A stretch of 63,745 nt of DNA, the filler included, from Octopus bimaculoides (taxonomy: Eukaryota), in assembly GCF_001194135.2 (NCBI RefSeq). It is 7 parts of 6 records of this genome, joined end to end, with 100 filler letters (N's around TTAATTAATTAA, not from the genome) between each part and the next. Parts side by side here need not be neighbours in the genome. Positions count along the whole stretch, not along the records: positions 1 to 26,482 come from NC_068997.1; 6 more parts are not named here. The stretch is one strand, 5' to 3'. A model generated the notes under the pieces. The model did no database searches and had not been told where the DNA came from. It saw nothing but the letters and a program-made list of their open reading frames with translations. Positions within the stretch are counted from its first letter, which is position 1; each line of letters opens with the position of its first letter. Shown here piece by piece: positions 1 to 12,519 of the stretch. Made by a program: the position numbers and the translations under genes.

Positions 1-1
1 T

Positions 2-463
2 TTCGTCACCAGTCACAAGTCTATCCAAAAAGAATGAAATGAGTTCGCGAGAATGGAGAGAAAAGCAGATGTCAACTTGGGATTTGCGGTTGCTTTCGGA
101 CAGTTCATGAGGCACCCATTTTCCAAGTTTAGGAACCTTTCCAAGTTGTTGAAGATGACGATGAACAGTTGTATGGTTTGAACTAAGCTTTATTGCCAAT
201 TCTTCAACTGATAATGCAGGATTTCCTTCAAGTGATGCCTCAAGGAGCTTATCATCAAACTCAACTGGCCGTCCTATTTGATCTTCATCTTCAAGGCTGA
301 AATCTCCACTTCTGAATTTTGAAAACCATCTTCTGCAAGTTCTTTCATTCAAGCATTCTTTCCCATAAACTGAGTGTATGTTTCGAGTCGCTTCAGCTGC
401 AAAGTTTCCTTTTTTGTACTCATAAAGCATTACGTGCCTCAAATGCTCTTTGGATACTTCCAT
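2..463 (-). CDS. mariner (DD34D-type) transposase, N-terminal 154 codons, open to the window edge
   Basis: Manual translation from ATG at 463 gives MEVSKEHLRHVMLYEYKKGN...RTCRRWFSKFRSGDFSLEDEDQIGRP...GKWVPHELSE...FLDRLVTGDE with no stop. This contains the WVPHEL linker and the first catalytic Asp motif (VTGDE) of mariner transposases. It is missing from the ORF track because it has no stop inside the window. Confidence 0.92.
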   Translation of the reverse strand, partial: MEVSKEHLRHVMLYEYKKGNFAAEATRNIHSVYGKECLNERTCRRWFSKFRSGDFSLEDEDQIGRPVEFDDKLLEASLEGNPALSVEELAIKLSSNHTTVHRHLQQLGKVPKLGKWVPHELSESNRKSQVDICFSLHSRELISFFLDRLVTGDE

Positions 464-612
464 GTTAGAAAGGGTTTTAATCAAAGTAATTTTAATTCTA
501 TTATTCTTTAAAATAATATTTAATTAGTTTAAATGTACACAAATACATAAAAATAATTTTTAATTCCATTAGACATTCTAAAATACTATTAAATTTCATT
601 CAATTTTAAAAC

Positions 613-790
613 CAGTGTTGGTGTGTTCACATCTCCGTAACCTAGCGATTCCACAAAAAAGACCGATAGGAAAAGTACTAGGCTTAAAAAATAAATCCTG
701 GGGTTAATTTGTTCGGCTAAAACCCATCGAGGTAGTACCCCAGTATGGTTGCATCTCAAATGACTGAAACAAGTAAAAAGAATAAAAGAA
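613..790 (+). mobile_element. SINE family B, 3' half
   Basis: ggtgtgttcacatctccgtaacctagcg...gaccgataggaaaagtactaggctt...tgactgaaacaagtaaaa matches the 3' half of the near-complete copy at 45920-46238 and the tail at 14000-14135. Confidence 0.8.
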
Positions 791-811
791 ATGCTGGAAT
801 CTTATGAGATT

Positions 812-1120
812 CCATCATTTGCAGCAGACTCGAAGACGACGTATGGGCGTTCAGCGTTTTTGCCGAACGACCTGCACAAATAACTCGTTTGTAGTGATCA
901 AAGGAATGTGCTGTACCTTAGCTCACTCACTACATCAAATTGTCATTACCTGTGCAAGTGAACGGTGTACCACACGTCAGATGTCGAAGTGATTGGATCG
1001 GAGTGCTGCGTGAGATAGAATGATTTGCTCAAGAACATAACGCGTCGCCTGGCCTTGGAATGGAACCCCTAATCTAGCGATCATGAGTGCAACAGCCTAA
1101 CCACTAGGCCACGCGTCTTC
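812..1120 (-). mobile_element. SINE family A (tRNA-like head)
   Basis: Reverse complement begins gaagacgcgtggcctagtggttagg (A-box-like) and has a degenerate B box. The body aligns by eye with the + copy at 50388-50695. Confidence 0.75.
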
Positions 1121-2273
1121 ACACACATGCAATACGTAAGAATGTGTGATGTGTGCGTGTGTGTGTGTGTGTTAGAGAGAGAGTGTGTGTGTTTGTATCT
1201 ATATAGAGGGAAAGAGAGAGAGAACGCGGGAGAGAGAGAGAACGCGGGAGAGAGAGAGAACGCGGGAGAGAGAGAGAGATACACTAACAAAGAACTTTAT
1301 CTCAATGAGAATACAGCAGGTTCTCATACATCTAATATACTGAACTGCAAAACTTCAGTCATCCNNNNNNNNNNNNNNNNNNNNNNNNNNNNNNNNNNNN
1401 NNNNNNNNNNNNNNNNNNNNNNNNNNNNNNNNNNNNNNNNNNNNNNNNNNNNNNNNNNNNNNNNNNNNNNNNNNNNNNNNNNNNNNNNNNNNNNNNNNNN
1501 NNNNNNNNNNNNNNNNNNNNNNNNNNNNNNNNNNNNNNNNNNNNNNNNNNNNNNNNNNNNNNNNNNNNNNNNNNNNNNNNNNNNNNNNNNNNNNNNNNNN
1601 NNNNNNNNNNNNNNNNNNNNNNNNNNNNNNNNNNNNNNNNNNNNNNNNNNNNNNNNNNNNNNNNNNNNNNNNNNNNNNNNNNNNNNNNNNNNNNNNNNNN
1701 NNNNNNNNNNNNNNNNNNNNNNNNNNNNNNNNNNNNNNNNNNNNNNNNNNNNNNNNNNNNNNNNNNNNNNNNNNNNNNNNNNNNNNNNNNNNNNNNNNNN
1801 NNNNNNNNNNNNNNNNNNNNNNNNNNNNNNNNNNNNNNNNNNNNNNNNNNNNNNNNNNNNNNNNNNNNNNNNNNNNNNNNNNNNNNNNNNNNNNNNNNNN
1901 NNNNNNNNNNNNNNNNNNNNNNNNNNNNNNNNNNNNNNNNNNNNNNNNNNNNNNNNNNNNNNNNNNNNNNNNNNNNNNNNNNNNNNNNNNNNNNNNNNNN
2001 NNNNNNNNATATATATATATATAATTTATATATATACATATATATGCAATGATATAGACAGCTATTGATAACACATTGTAATTTGCGGTTTCAAACTCAG
2101 CTTCTGCGCAACAGTCGTTAGACGGCCAACTCCACCTTTTCTTAAAATGCCCGAAACATGTGTGTCGAAGAATAATCGTTGCACATGAGCTGGTTATGTT
2201 ACTGTTGTCGAGTTGCTATATAGGCTCAATGTTGCGTATTATTATCTCATGGACAAACGCCCATATAGTATAA

Positions 2274-2308
<35 letters not shown>

Positions 2309-2363
2309 AAAGAGAGAGAGAGAGATATGTGTCTTTGGGTGTGGTGTATACATACGCATACAT

Positions 2364-2414
<51 letters not shown>

Positions 2415-4238
2415 NNNNNNNNNNNNNNNNNNNNNNNNNNNNNNNNNNNNNNNNNNNNNNNNNNNNNNNNNNNNNNNNNNNNNNNNNNNNNNNNNNNNNN
2501 NNNNNNNNNNNNNNNNNNNNNNNNNNNNNNNNNNNNNNNNNNNNNNNNNNNNNNNNNNNNNNNNNNNNNNNNNNNNNNNNNNNNNNNNNNNNNNNNNNNN
2601 NNNNNNNNNNNNNNNNNNNNNNNNNNNNNNNNNNNNNNNNNNNNNNNNNNNNNNNNNNNNNNNNNNNNNNNNNNNNNNNNNNNNNNNNNNNNNNNNNNNN
2701 NNNNNNNNNNNNNNNATATATATAAAACATGCGTATGCATGCAACACATACATACATAAGTGTATGTATATAAATGTGTGTATACACATACACACATATA
2801 TATTCAGGCATATATATATATATATATATATATATAAACACAAATATGAGTGTGTATGTGTGTGTGTATTTATTTATATAAATGTAAATGTATAGGTTGT
2901 CCATAAATTACGTTTGCAATTTGAAAAATTCTGGAAAAAATATTTCGCATGATATTGATACTAAATATTAACTCGAAGTTGCACATATGTATGCATGTAT
3001 AAATACGTACATTCATATACATACATATATATATATATATACACACACACAAGCACATTTACTTACATACACACACACGCACGCATTCACGCACGCACGC
3101 ACACACACACACATTCACACACATATAAAGGCATTTTTATCCTTGTGTATACACTTATGCATTATAGGAATCATTCCAAGTGCAGCAAGCAAAGCAGGTT
3201 GCACCTTAAGGCTACAACTGCAATGCACTCATAGTGTCATCGTGTGAACAATGTAGCAGCTGCAGTAAAAGATGCATCATCTGTGTTCCAATAAATCTTT
3301 TATTGATTATCGAATCAATAACTCCATCATCACGAACTGCAGCATTGGTGCTTCGATCATCGTCGTCGTCATCATCATCACCATCATCACAAAGTGCAAC
3401 AGTATTATTACTTCCCTCACTCTCAAAGCCATCACTAGCAATTGCATACCCCACTACTATTACATCATTTACCCCTACTTTTTCAGCTGTCACGTTACCA
3501 CCACCCCACCATCATGTACTCTACACCTCCACGACCATCACTACTGATATTACCATTCCTTCCAATCGCAAATGATCATCGTATGAAATTAAAAGCCCAA
3601 TGGACTACATATGCAATAAGGTGGAATGGCCACGGCTTAAACCGTTATGGCTGATTTAGAGCAGCTGACCTGGGGTTAAACAACAACAATTGTATTATAA
3701 CTACCACCTAAACTACAATCATATTGGAACAAGGACCGAAACGCCATCGCAAAAATACTACCACCTCTTGAACGGACAATTGTAATTCTACGACTGCAGC
3801 CCATACTATCAATGTTTCACCATTACCTTCACTAACAACAACACTTCGCCAACTTAAAAATGAGAAGCAAGGACCACATTGGCTAATGTGGTTCTAGGTA
3901 TACAACGTCTGAAAATGCGACAGGGTTGTCATGGCTAGAATGCCTTTCATCATTGGTCTGTTTGATCAGGCCTGGTTGGGTCTATACAACAACATTTCTG
4001 AATGTAGCATTATTTAGACTAACATCTCTATCAGCACTACACTATCACCACCACAACCACCACCACCACAATCGCTACCATCATCACTACTACTACTACT
4101 ACTACTACTGCAGCCTGTACCATCATTATACTTTCCATCCAATCTGCAGCATTAAGATGAAAGCAATTAGATAATTATTGCCGAAATTACTATGGAAACA
4201 GCGATCCCTTATTTTTTCTTGAACTCCTTTCACATCAA

Positions 4239-4333
4239 TGACGTCATTATCACTGACGTCACTACCAACATCAACTAGGGGCAACATACTACTGACGTCA
4301 CCAACATCTCTAGGCAAGCCATCTTTGATGTCA
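4239..4333. promoter_or_regulatory. cluster of CRE octamers (TGACGTCA x3 plus TGATGTCA) within a short degenerate minisatellite
   Basis: Perfect TGACGTCA at 4239-4246, 4254-4261 and 4293-4300; CpG-decayed TGATGTCA at 4326-4333. Function is unproven. Confidence 0.35.
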
Positions 4334-5764
4334 CTACCAGTGACTCGGGGCAACATACCAATCTTTTTATCTGCACCACCACCACCACCACCACCTGCAT
4401 CAGGAAGAAGAAGAACAACAACAACTAATCGATGATGAAGACTCCGTAATCTCTCGAATTGCTGAAAATGGCAGTCATATTTCAATCGAATTATACAATA
4501 CGGTCTTTGAGAAAGGACACATTGGATAAGGTGGCCTTAAATGTGTTATGACTGGCAAAAGAGAGGAAACGATTATGGATAAAACACCTTTGGTCATATA
4601 TCGATTCCCTCTGGGTTGATTTGGGGCTGCACAACAATAACAACTACTACTACTACCACTACTACCACTACAATTAGCGCTGCTGCTACTGCTGGTGGTG
4701 GTGGTGGTGCTACTACTACTACTACTACTACTACAAGAACAATGCCATTAACGTTTATTGATTAAGTTCAGTGTGAATTTTGAGTGTGAAGGAAGGGGAT
4801 GATTGAATGAAGAAGACATCCATGGTGGCTTCTTGTTTTGGCTGGTTCCAAGAGGAAGGGAGGGGGTGAATGACAAGATCGCTCAAGCAAAAGAATTTTG
4901 ATTCAGCGCTACATGAACCTATTCGCACTAACCAGACACAGGAGGGTTTATGTAAAGGAACTAGGAATAGAGGTAAATTCATTAACCGCAATATATTACT
5001 GGTACTGATATCAGCTCTGAATAGATGAAAATTAAAGTTCACCATGGTGTTATAACTAGTAAGGTTTCTAGTTTCTGTTGAAATTTCTTCTCGTGTTCGT
5101 CACCATCACTCTTATCATCATCACCATCACCACCACCACCACCACCACTAATTACCATCATCATCATCATCTGCACGTTAACCGATCTTCTCCACGCCAC
5201 ATGAAGACGCAGACAGCTAGTTCGGATGAGCAGAAATCATTGTGGTAACAAAAGAAGCAGTGACATAAAGAGAGAGACAGAGAGACGGAGAGACAGAGAC
5301 AGNNNNNNNNNNNNNNNNNNNNNNNNNNNNNNNNNNNNNNNNNNNNNNNNNNNNNNNNNNNNNNNNNNNNNNNNNNNNNNNNNNNNNNNNNNNNNNNNNN
5401 NNNNNNNNNNNNNNNNNNNNNNNNNNNNNNNNNNNNNNNNNNNNNNNNNNNNNNNNNNNNNNNNNNNNNNNNNNNNNNNNNNNNNNNNNNNNNNNNNNNN
5501 NNNNNNNNNNNNNNNNNNNNNNNNNNNNNNNNNNNNNNNNNNNNNNNNNNNNNNNNNNNNNNNNNNNNNNNNNNNNNNNNNNNNNNNNNNNNNNNNNNNN
5601 NNNNNNNNNNNNNNNNNNNNNNNNNNNNNNNNNNNNNNNNNNNNNNNNNNNNNNNNNNNNNNNNNNNNNNNNNNNNNNNNNNNNNNNNNNNNNNNNNNNN
5701 NNNNNNNNNNNNNNNNNNNNNNNNNNNNNNNNNNNNNNNNNNNNNNNNNNNNNNNNNNNNNNNN

Positions 5765-5821
5765 CAGCATTTTTGCCGAAGCGTTAAATTACGGGGACGT
5801 AAGCAAACCAACACCGGTTGT

Positions 5822-5873
<52 letters not shown>

Positions 5874-6030
5874 GTATATATACAACGGGCTTCCTTCAGT
5901 TTCCGTCGACTAAACCACTCACAAGGCTTAGGTCGGCCCGATACTGCTGAAGGCACTTGCCCAAGGTACCACGCAGTGGGACTGAATCCGGAATCATGTG
6001 GTTGGGAAGCAAGCATCTTACCACACAGCC
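5765..6030 (-). mobile_element. SINE family B with internal (TA)n(TG)n tract
   Basis: Reverse complement of ggctgtgtggtaag...ggttcagtcccactgcgtgg...gtagacggaaactgaaagaagcccg, followed by the microsatellite and the 3' half; truncated by an N gap. Confidence 0.88.
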
Positions 6031-6092
6031 ATGTCTGCGCCCATGTGTGCATGGGTTTTTGCTACTTTATCATTGTTGTTGTTGTCGTTGCT

Positions 6093-6415
6093 GTGAAGGC
6101 GCGTGGCTTAGTGGTTAAGGTACTCGGCTCACGCTCGTAAGGTCATAAGGACGATTCCTAGCAGCGCGTTGTGTCTTTCGATTAAACACGTTGTTCGAGT
6201 CAACTCAGCTAACAACTGAACATTAATTTCATGAGCTGGCTCTTCCGTTGATGACCATGAAAGGATTTTTCTGCACTTTTTGGAGTACATAAACTTAAAA
6301 AGGTGCACGAGAGTAAAGAAGCCGATGGATTCCGATGCTACTGGCGTACTGTGGCAACAAAACATTTCGATCTGTAACGGAACACTCGTCGTCGTAACCG
6401 ACGGAGTATCAGTTA
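6093..6415 (+). mobile_element. SINE family A, internally rearranged
   Basis: Head gtgaaggcgcgtggcttagtggttaagg; tail ctcgtcgtcgtaaccgacggag matches the tail of the - copy at 49325-49640. Confidence 0.75.
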
Positions 6416-7164
6416 GTTATGTTGTTGTTATTAGTTTGTTTGTTTTTTTTTTGTTTCCTGAGCGACAATACCATTGCTGAAGCTGAAAACTTTGATACTT
6501 CCGACTTTCTGTGTGATGTTTTGTGATGATTCGGTGGATGTTTCAGATGATCTTTTGGTGTTACGTGTTGTCTGGTTGTGTGTGGGATTAGTGCTGAAAT
6601 ACTCACAAGATTTTTTTAAACTTCTGTTTTGTCACTTTTATACAGAGGCGTCATATATTTTTAAACTTGGTGTTCTAATTCGTATTTTTTTCCTGTCGAT
6701 ATTTTCATCATTCAACTTACCAGTTCTGATCACTGCATTCTTTTCTTTGTATACTACTCTTATGATTGAAGACCTAACAAGGTTTGTACCCTTTTATAAG
6801 CAGGTAAGGAGTAGTTTCAGAAATACGTGCCTGTTAATTCTAGCAGGTCGAACAATTGTGAAGAGGTTCCGTCACTGACTATAATTATTGTTTCTAGGTA
6901 TAATTATTGTTATTGCTGTTGTTGTTATCTAAACTAGACTGGAAACTATTGGTGAGAAAGCAAGTGTTGGCTATTAAGTGCTAACGATTGCCCGCAGCAC
7001 TTAATGGTGTTAGCAGATGTCAGAGATTCGAAGTAAAGCAAAATTATGGGATAATGACGAGTAAATTATCACTTACGTCACTGGAAGCAGCAGTGACGTA
7101 GAAGAAGTTATCAACATAATGGTATTAATTGACCTGAGATGAGGGGTGTTACGATACAACTAGC

Positions 7165-7298
<134 letters not shown>

Positions 7299-7314
7299 TA
7301 TTATTATTGAGTTT

Positions 7315-7493
7315 AGGGTTAGCAGCATTGTTAGAGTGTCAGACAAAATGCCTTGCTGTATTCCTTCCAACTCTCTGCGTTGTGAGTTCAAATCCTGCAA
7401 TGACCAACTTCATTTTTATTCTTCTGAGATAGATAAAATAAAGTCCCAGTCAAGTTAATTGACTAATACCCAGCCCCCTAAAATTGCTGGCCT
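7315..7493 (+). mobile_element. SINE family C, degenerate
   Basis: gttctgagttcaaat-like B box at about 7380 and aaattgctggcct tail, as in the copies at 48470-49310. Confidence 0.65.
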
Positions 7494-7989
7494 AGATGCC
7501 GACGGTAATACAGTGTTCCAAGATATTAACAACAGGGAGAACAACTTTGATGCCTTCAAACTATCAACTGTGTACGATTCCACACGAGTTAGATGGAAAG
7601 GTTTCTTCAAACGTCTTAAGGCATTCTTAAAAACATATTGTCCGTTAGTTTCAGTGGACGATTGGATTGGTGTGTTGAAGAAACGCAGAGACTGTGAGAG
7701 TGTAGTCATAGGCAAGTAAGAGTAAAAACCTCACAAACCTATTCAGGCTGTTCCAACTGTTTGACAGCTATGATCTGGATTTTCTTCATACACCGTTGTA
7801 AAGACGGATAAACCACATGTTTCGTTCAGGCATGTTGCCCTAATGCACGTTGTCTGCGACTTTGGGTATTTGGGTACACAGATCACAAATTCCCGAGATC
7901 TACAGTCATGGAAACTGACCACATCTTCAACTAGAGTGGTCTCAGGAACTGGTTTAGCGAACCAGTTTAGTAGGAAGTGACGGCGGCCA

Positions 7990-8640
7990 TCATCAACAAC
8001 GAGTGCTGAGTTGTGCGAGAAAGAAAAATTTGAAAACGAAAATCTTTTGCAAAGAAGTAACAATAGAAGAGTAGAGGAGCTAGTAAATTGATTAGAAGAG
8101 GTGCATACAAGAGGTACTACAAATGATGATAATGAAAGGGTACTTTGCACTTCTGAGGTGCATACGCCCCAAAACATGAGAGTACAAAGCCGATGGAGGC
8201 GAGTAATGCTGGCACACTGTAGCAGCAAAACAATTCGATCTGCGACGTACCAAACACAGGGTACGTATTGTCAGATTTCAAGAAGATGCGTTTGCAAATC
8301 AAACAGTTCGTCAGCCATTCTTTCGTCAGTGTCATCAGTATAGTTTAAACTTTTGATGCTCTCTCTCCGATACCAATTGTACCCATACGGTCTTGAAAGG
8401 CATCGTTTATAGCTCCTTCCCAGGAAGCTATTGAAGGGAATGTGCGAGAGTCGAGATCCCTATCAAACTTCTATTGTGATATGGAACCACTCCAAGATGG
8501 TGTCTTTTTACAAATTCTGATTTATTACTTTGACATAAAGCTTTTGGATGGTGAAAGTTAGCTTCTATCCAAGCTGAATTTCTTCATTGTGGCAAATAAA
8601 GAGAGTATAATGCCAAATTTTACTAAAGGCAAATGAGGGT
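7990..8640 (-). pseudogene. possible class A GPCR pseudogene fragment (TM6-TM7-helix 8-like)
   Basis: One minus frame reads FCCYSVPALLASIGFVLSCFG...HL*YLLYAPLLINLLAPLLFYCYFFAKDFRFQIF, resembling the CWxP helix and the NPxxY...FR end of rhodopsin-type receptors. There is one internal stop, and a frameshift would be needed upstream. Confidence 0.3.
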
Positions 8641-8654
8641 TATTAATCACGTGA

Positions 8655-8890
8655 TTTAATACAATGAGGTCAAGAATGGAGGTGATCGTATTCCACTTAT
8701 TCCTTCATTACGATCGTTTCGAAACTACATGGTTCAGACTCATCATGAAAATAATGATTATGTAATATTACAAAATGGAGGACATAATCATAATTTATTT
8801 TCATGATGTGTCTGAAATGTGTATTGTTGAAACGATCGCAATGCAGGATTAAATGTAATACCATAACTTCTATTCTTGAACTTACTACAT
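8655..8890. repeat. long inverted repeat (about 105-bp arms, 20-nt spacer); each arm carries a hammerhead-like GAAA-CGATCG motif
   Basis: atgattatg (8754-8762) pairs with cataatcat (8783-8791). Arms read ttattttcatgatgagtctgaa...ttcgaaacgatcgtaatgaagg (minus) and ttattttcatgatgtgtctgaa...ttgaaacgatcgcaatgcagg (plus). Confidence 0.8.
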
Positions 8891-10158
8891 ATATGCGCGT
8901 GTGTATGCATATGTTTATAGCTAAGAGAGACAGAGAGGGATACAGTTGCAGCGGACATAAACAAAGCATTTTGCATGTCACTTGCTCATATGGTGACCCA
9001 CTACACCAACACCACCTTGCAAGTCATGTATATAGCTTCCGCTTCTTACACACATCTCACACAGAACATGCATTACGCACACACCACTCGCACACACACA
9101 ACACAGTTTCACTCATTGCTTCACTACTGTCAATATGTTTTAGCGTCACACTCTGACCAAGTTATGTTTTTATTTTATTTTTAGGCTCCACTCGTTGGAT
9201 AACATTGTATAACAACAAAACCGCTGTGAACAACAAAAAACTATTACTACGACTACTACTACTACTACTACTACTACTACGACTACTACTACTACTACTA
9301 ACACTCAGTGACTACAACTATAGTTAACTCAGAGAAAGAAGTATTACTGTTACAACGACTACAATAATTACAACAACGATAGTAACTACGACAACAACAA
9401 CTGTAGGAAAGAATAGTAAAACAAAAACAAACCTACAACAAATATCTACAAATATCTACAAAACAAATATCTACAGAAACAAAAAATCAACGACATCAAA
9501 ATTAGAACAATGATAACCAGCATGCAATGCGAAAACAATAAGAATGATTTTTTAAAACACAGATTTGTATTTAGTGGAAGTCGCTTAATATAATCACGGA
9601 TAGTGTCTACCAAAAAGTAGTTTTTATTAGAATTAGCGGGTCTCAAAGTCTTTATTTGTTCAAAACTTTCAGCTGGTTATTATTATCACCCAGTTATTGT
9701 GATACCAAAGTGATCATAATGAGCGGCTTCTAATGTATTTATTCTAATATCTATACATGTATGCATATGTATATAAATATATGTGTGTATATATATAGGC
9801 ACAATTTTGAATATATAGCTATATATATATATATATATATNNNNNNNNNNNNNNNNNNNNNNNNNNNNNNNNNNNNNNNNNNNNNNNNNNNNNNNNNNNN
9901 NNNNNNNNNNNNNNNNNNNNNNNNNNNNNNNNNNNNNNNNNNNNNNNNNNNNNNNNNNNNNNNNNNNNNNNNNNNNNNNNNNNNNNNNNNNNNNNNNNNN
10001 NNNNNNNNNNNNNNNNNNNNNNNNNNNNNNNNNNNNNNNNNNNNNNNNNNNNNNNNNNNNNNNNNNNNNNNNNNNNNNNNNNNNNNNNNNNNNNNNNNNN
10101 NNNNNNNNNNNNNNNNNNNNNNNNNNNNNNNNNNNNNNNNNNNNNNNNNNATATATGA

Positions 10159-10209
<51 letters not shown>

Positions 10210-11291
10210 CATATATATATACATACATATGCATATACATACACACACACACAAGGTTATATAACCATATATTTACACGCATACATTATTCATGAAAAGT
10301 CTCTGTTGTTTTTGTTTTTGTTCTTTTAATGTGTGCATATGTCTTTGACGTGTATGCACATTTGTGTGAGAAAATGTGTACCCTCGGTGTATGTGCGTAC
10401 AAGTGTATATAAAATTATCTTTGATGTGTGTTTATGCACAATGAGTTTGCGTATATGTTCATGGGCATGTGAGATGTCAAGTTGTCACAAACGATAAACG
10501 AGAAAATTCAGAAGTATCTGTCAGAAATGGCTGCTGTTTGTTGTGTATTTATTGTTCTTCCGTTAAAGGGAGTTGTAGTGAGGGAAGGTGGAAAGGGAGA
10601 TAACTATATATCCGTTGGCTAAGCTTTACAAAGAAAGATGGCATAAAATGTAAACAATATACTCCGGGTGGAATCAAAGAAGATCGGGTGGTTTACGAAT
10701 GGTAGGTGGGATATGGGATTCGTTGGAAATACGATACTTCTAGAATGTTAGGTTGCAATGAGTGTTGACTTGAAATATATGGAAATGTAGAGTTACTGCA
10801 GCATATTGTGTAACTCGAATATGGAAGGTGAGGGTTGTAGTAGCGGCATCGTTGGTTGTGGAGTAAAGATTTATGGGGTAGAAAGGGTACATATTTGTTA
10901 ATAGGTTGAAACAGCGCTTAGAAATATGGACTTGTAAAATAAAACGAAATTGCTCGAATCAATTTAGGGATGCACACATGAATAAATACACATACACAGA
11001 TGAACACACATACACACATATAGAGATGCGCATTCACATATGATGTGTACATGTGTGTGCGTGTGTGTATGTGTATGCGTGTGTATTTTTATCACACCTG
11101 CACATACCACCACACAAACTCACATACATTCAGGACCTAATGAACGAACCACAACAAGCACCACACTCAAAGAGGTATAGAGAAAACTTTGTATCAAATT
11201 GGTTTTGGCGTCAAACCACTACGTCCGTTCTTATGTAGAATATATACACGTTCCAGGTGTTTCCTCTCCATAACTCCGAGTAGTTCTAATC

Positions 11292-11476
11292 CAGTATTCC
11301 ACAACCTTTTTTCACTTGCGGTATACTTATATTCTTTTCAAAATTCAGCAGCACACCTGAACTAAAAATATTACTAAAAGTATAGGGAAAAAATTATATT
11401 CAGGTTACACTGCGGCACACCTAGCATTGTCCTATGACACACCAGTGTGCCGTGGAATACCAGTTGCGGAGCACTG
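11292..11476. mobile_element. hAT-type MITE, 185 bp
   Basis: TIRs cagtattccacaac / gttgcggagcactg (11/14 match). 8-bp TSD ttctaatc (11284-11291) / tcctaatc (11477-11484). The subterminal cacaccagtgtgccg is typical of Charlie/hAT ends. Confidence 0.8.
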
Positions 11477-11684
11477 TCCTAATCATACCTTTGCGCAAGT
11501 TAGAATAAATAGCAGTTTCAGAAATATGAATGGAAAAAAGAATTGTTTAGGTAGGTGTCGACAAGGGCATAGCAGAAACTCTTTCCTTCATGGCATTGAC
11601 TTCTTTTGGATGGCTGTGTTATCACACACACGTGCGCACGCACGCATGCGAACACAAACACACAGATAGATGGAAAGATAGAAT

Positions 11685-11727
<43 letters not shown>

Positions 11728-11773
11728 CATACATACATACATACATACATACATACTTACAGACACATATATT

Positions 11774-11810
<37 letters not shown>

Positions 11811-11830
11811 ATACATATACATATATACAT
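11685..11830. repeat. compound (GATA)n-(CATA)n-(CA)n microsatellite
   Basis: Directly visible. Confidence 0.95.
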
Positions 11831-12519
11831 ATACACATGCACACGTTCGCAACGTACGTTTGTGAATAAAGGGAAGGTGAAATTAAATGAAACACATTTA
11901 ATAAAGACATCTATTTTCCGATTGATAATATTTATAAATCTACTACATCATCTTTTTAGAAAACATCAATAATTATAAAACAATTCCAGAATTATAGTCA
12001 GCATCATTTCAGTTTTCAATTCTCGGGTATTTTTTCAAGTAGAATCATCAAGGCATGGTTATCACGTTCATTTATCTCTTGTAAATAAGATTTACTGGTT
12101 CACAACGTGTCCTTATATTTACTCTGGCTTGTAGGCAGTTTCTACTGAATGACGCTTGCTTTTACCTATTGCTGTGTAGTGTAGGCCAAATGAATACGAT
12201 GCTCTCATGTCCATGTAAGCATATTTCAACATCATTTGATATTGTACATTGGGAGGGGACAAAATCTTGCTTGAAACTCGTTTTAAGATGTTGTTAGTTA
12301 CCCTCATCCCCTTTGTATCTTTTATCAACCATTATAGCGTAATATTGCTCGTTTAGACTTCCTAGAATCTATGACTAAAAGCTTTAAACAGAAAATAACA
12401 GAAGTAATCTGAATATATGACATTATTGAACTATATCTTCTTAACACTTCAAAATCAGCTACTTTTGTTAATTAAGAGGCTACTAAATATGTGAGCAAAA
12501 GGTTTAGATTCTGAATCAA

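Noticed and set aside
3212-4485. Overlapping ORFs with poly-S/D/H/G/P runs as a transcription-factor exon
   Set aside because: Runs come from trinucleotide repeats, frames are short on both strands, and there are no domain or consistent splice signals.
6474-6878. 134-aa hydrophobic ORF as a membrane protein
   Set aside because: Hydrophobicity follows from T-rich composition; TTG start; no motif.
7459-7719. 86-aa plus-strand ORF ending at a GTAAGA donor-like site as a host exon
   Set aside because: Its start lies inside a SINE tail, it has no pyrimidine-rich acceptor and no recognisable homology; kept only as part of the 7455-8640 lead.
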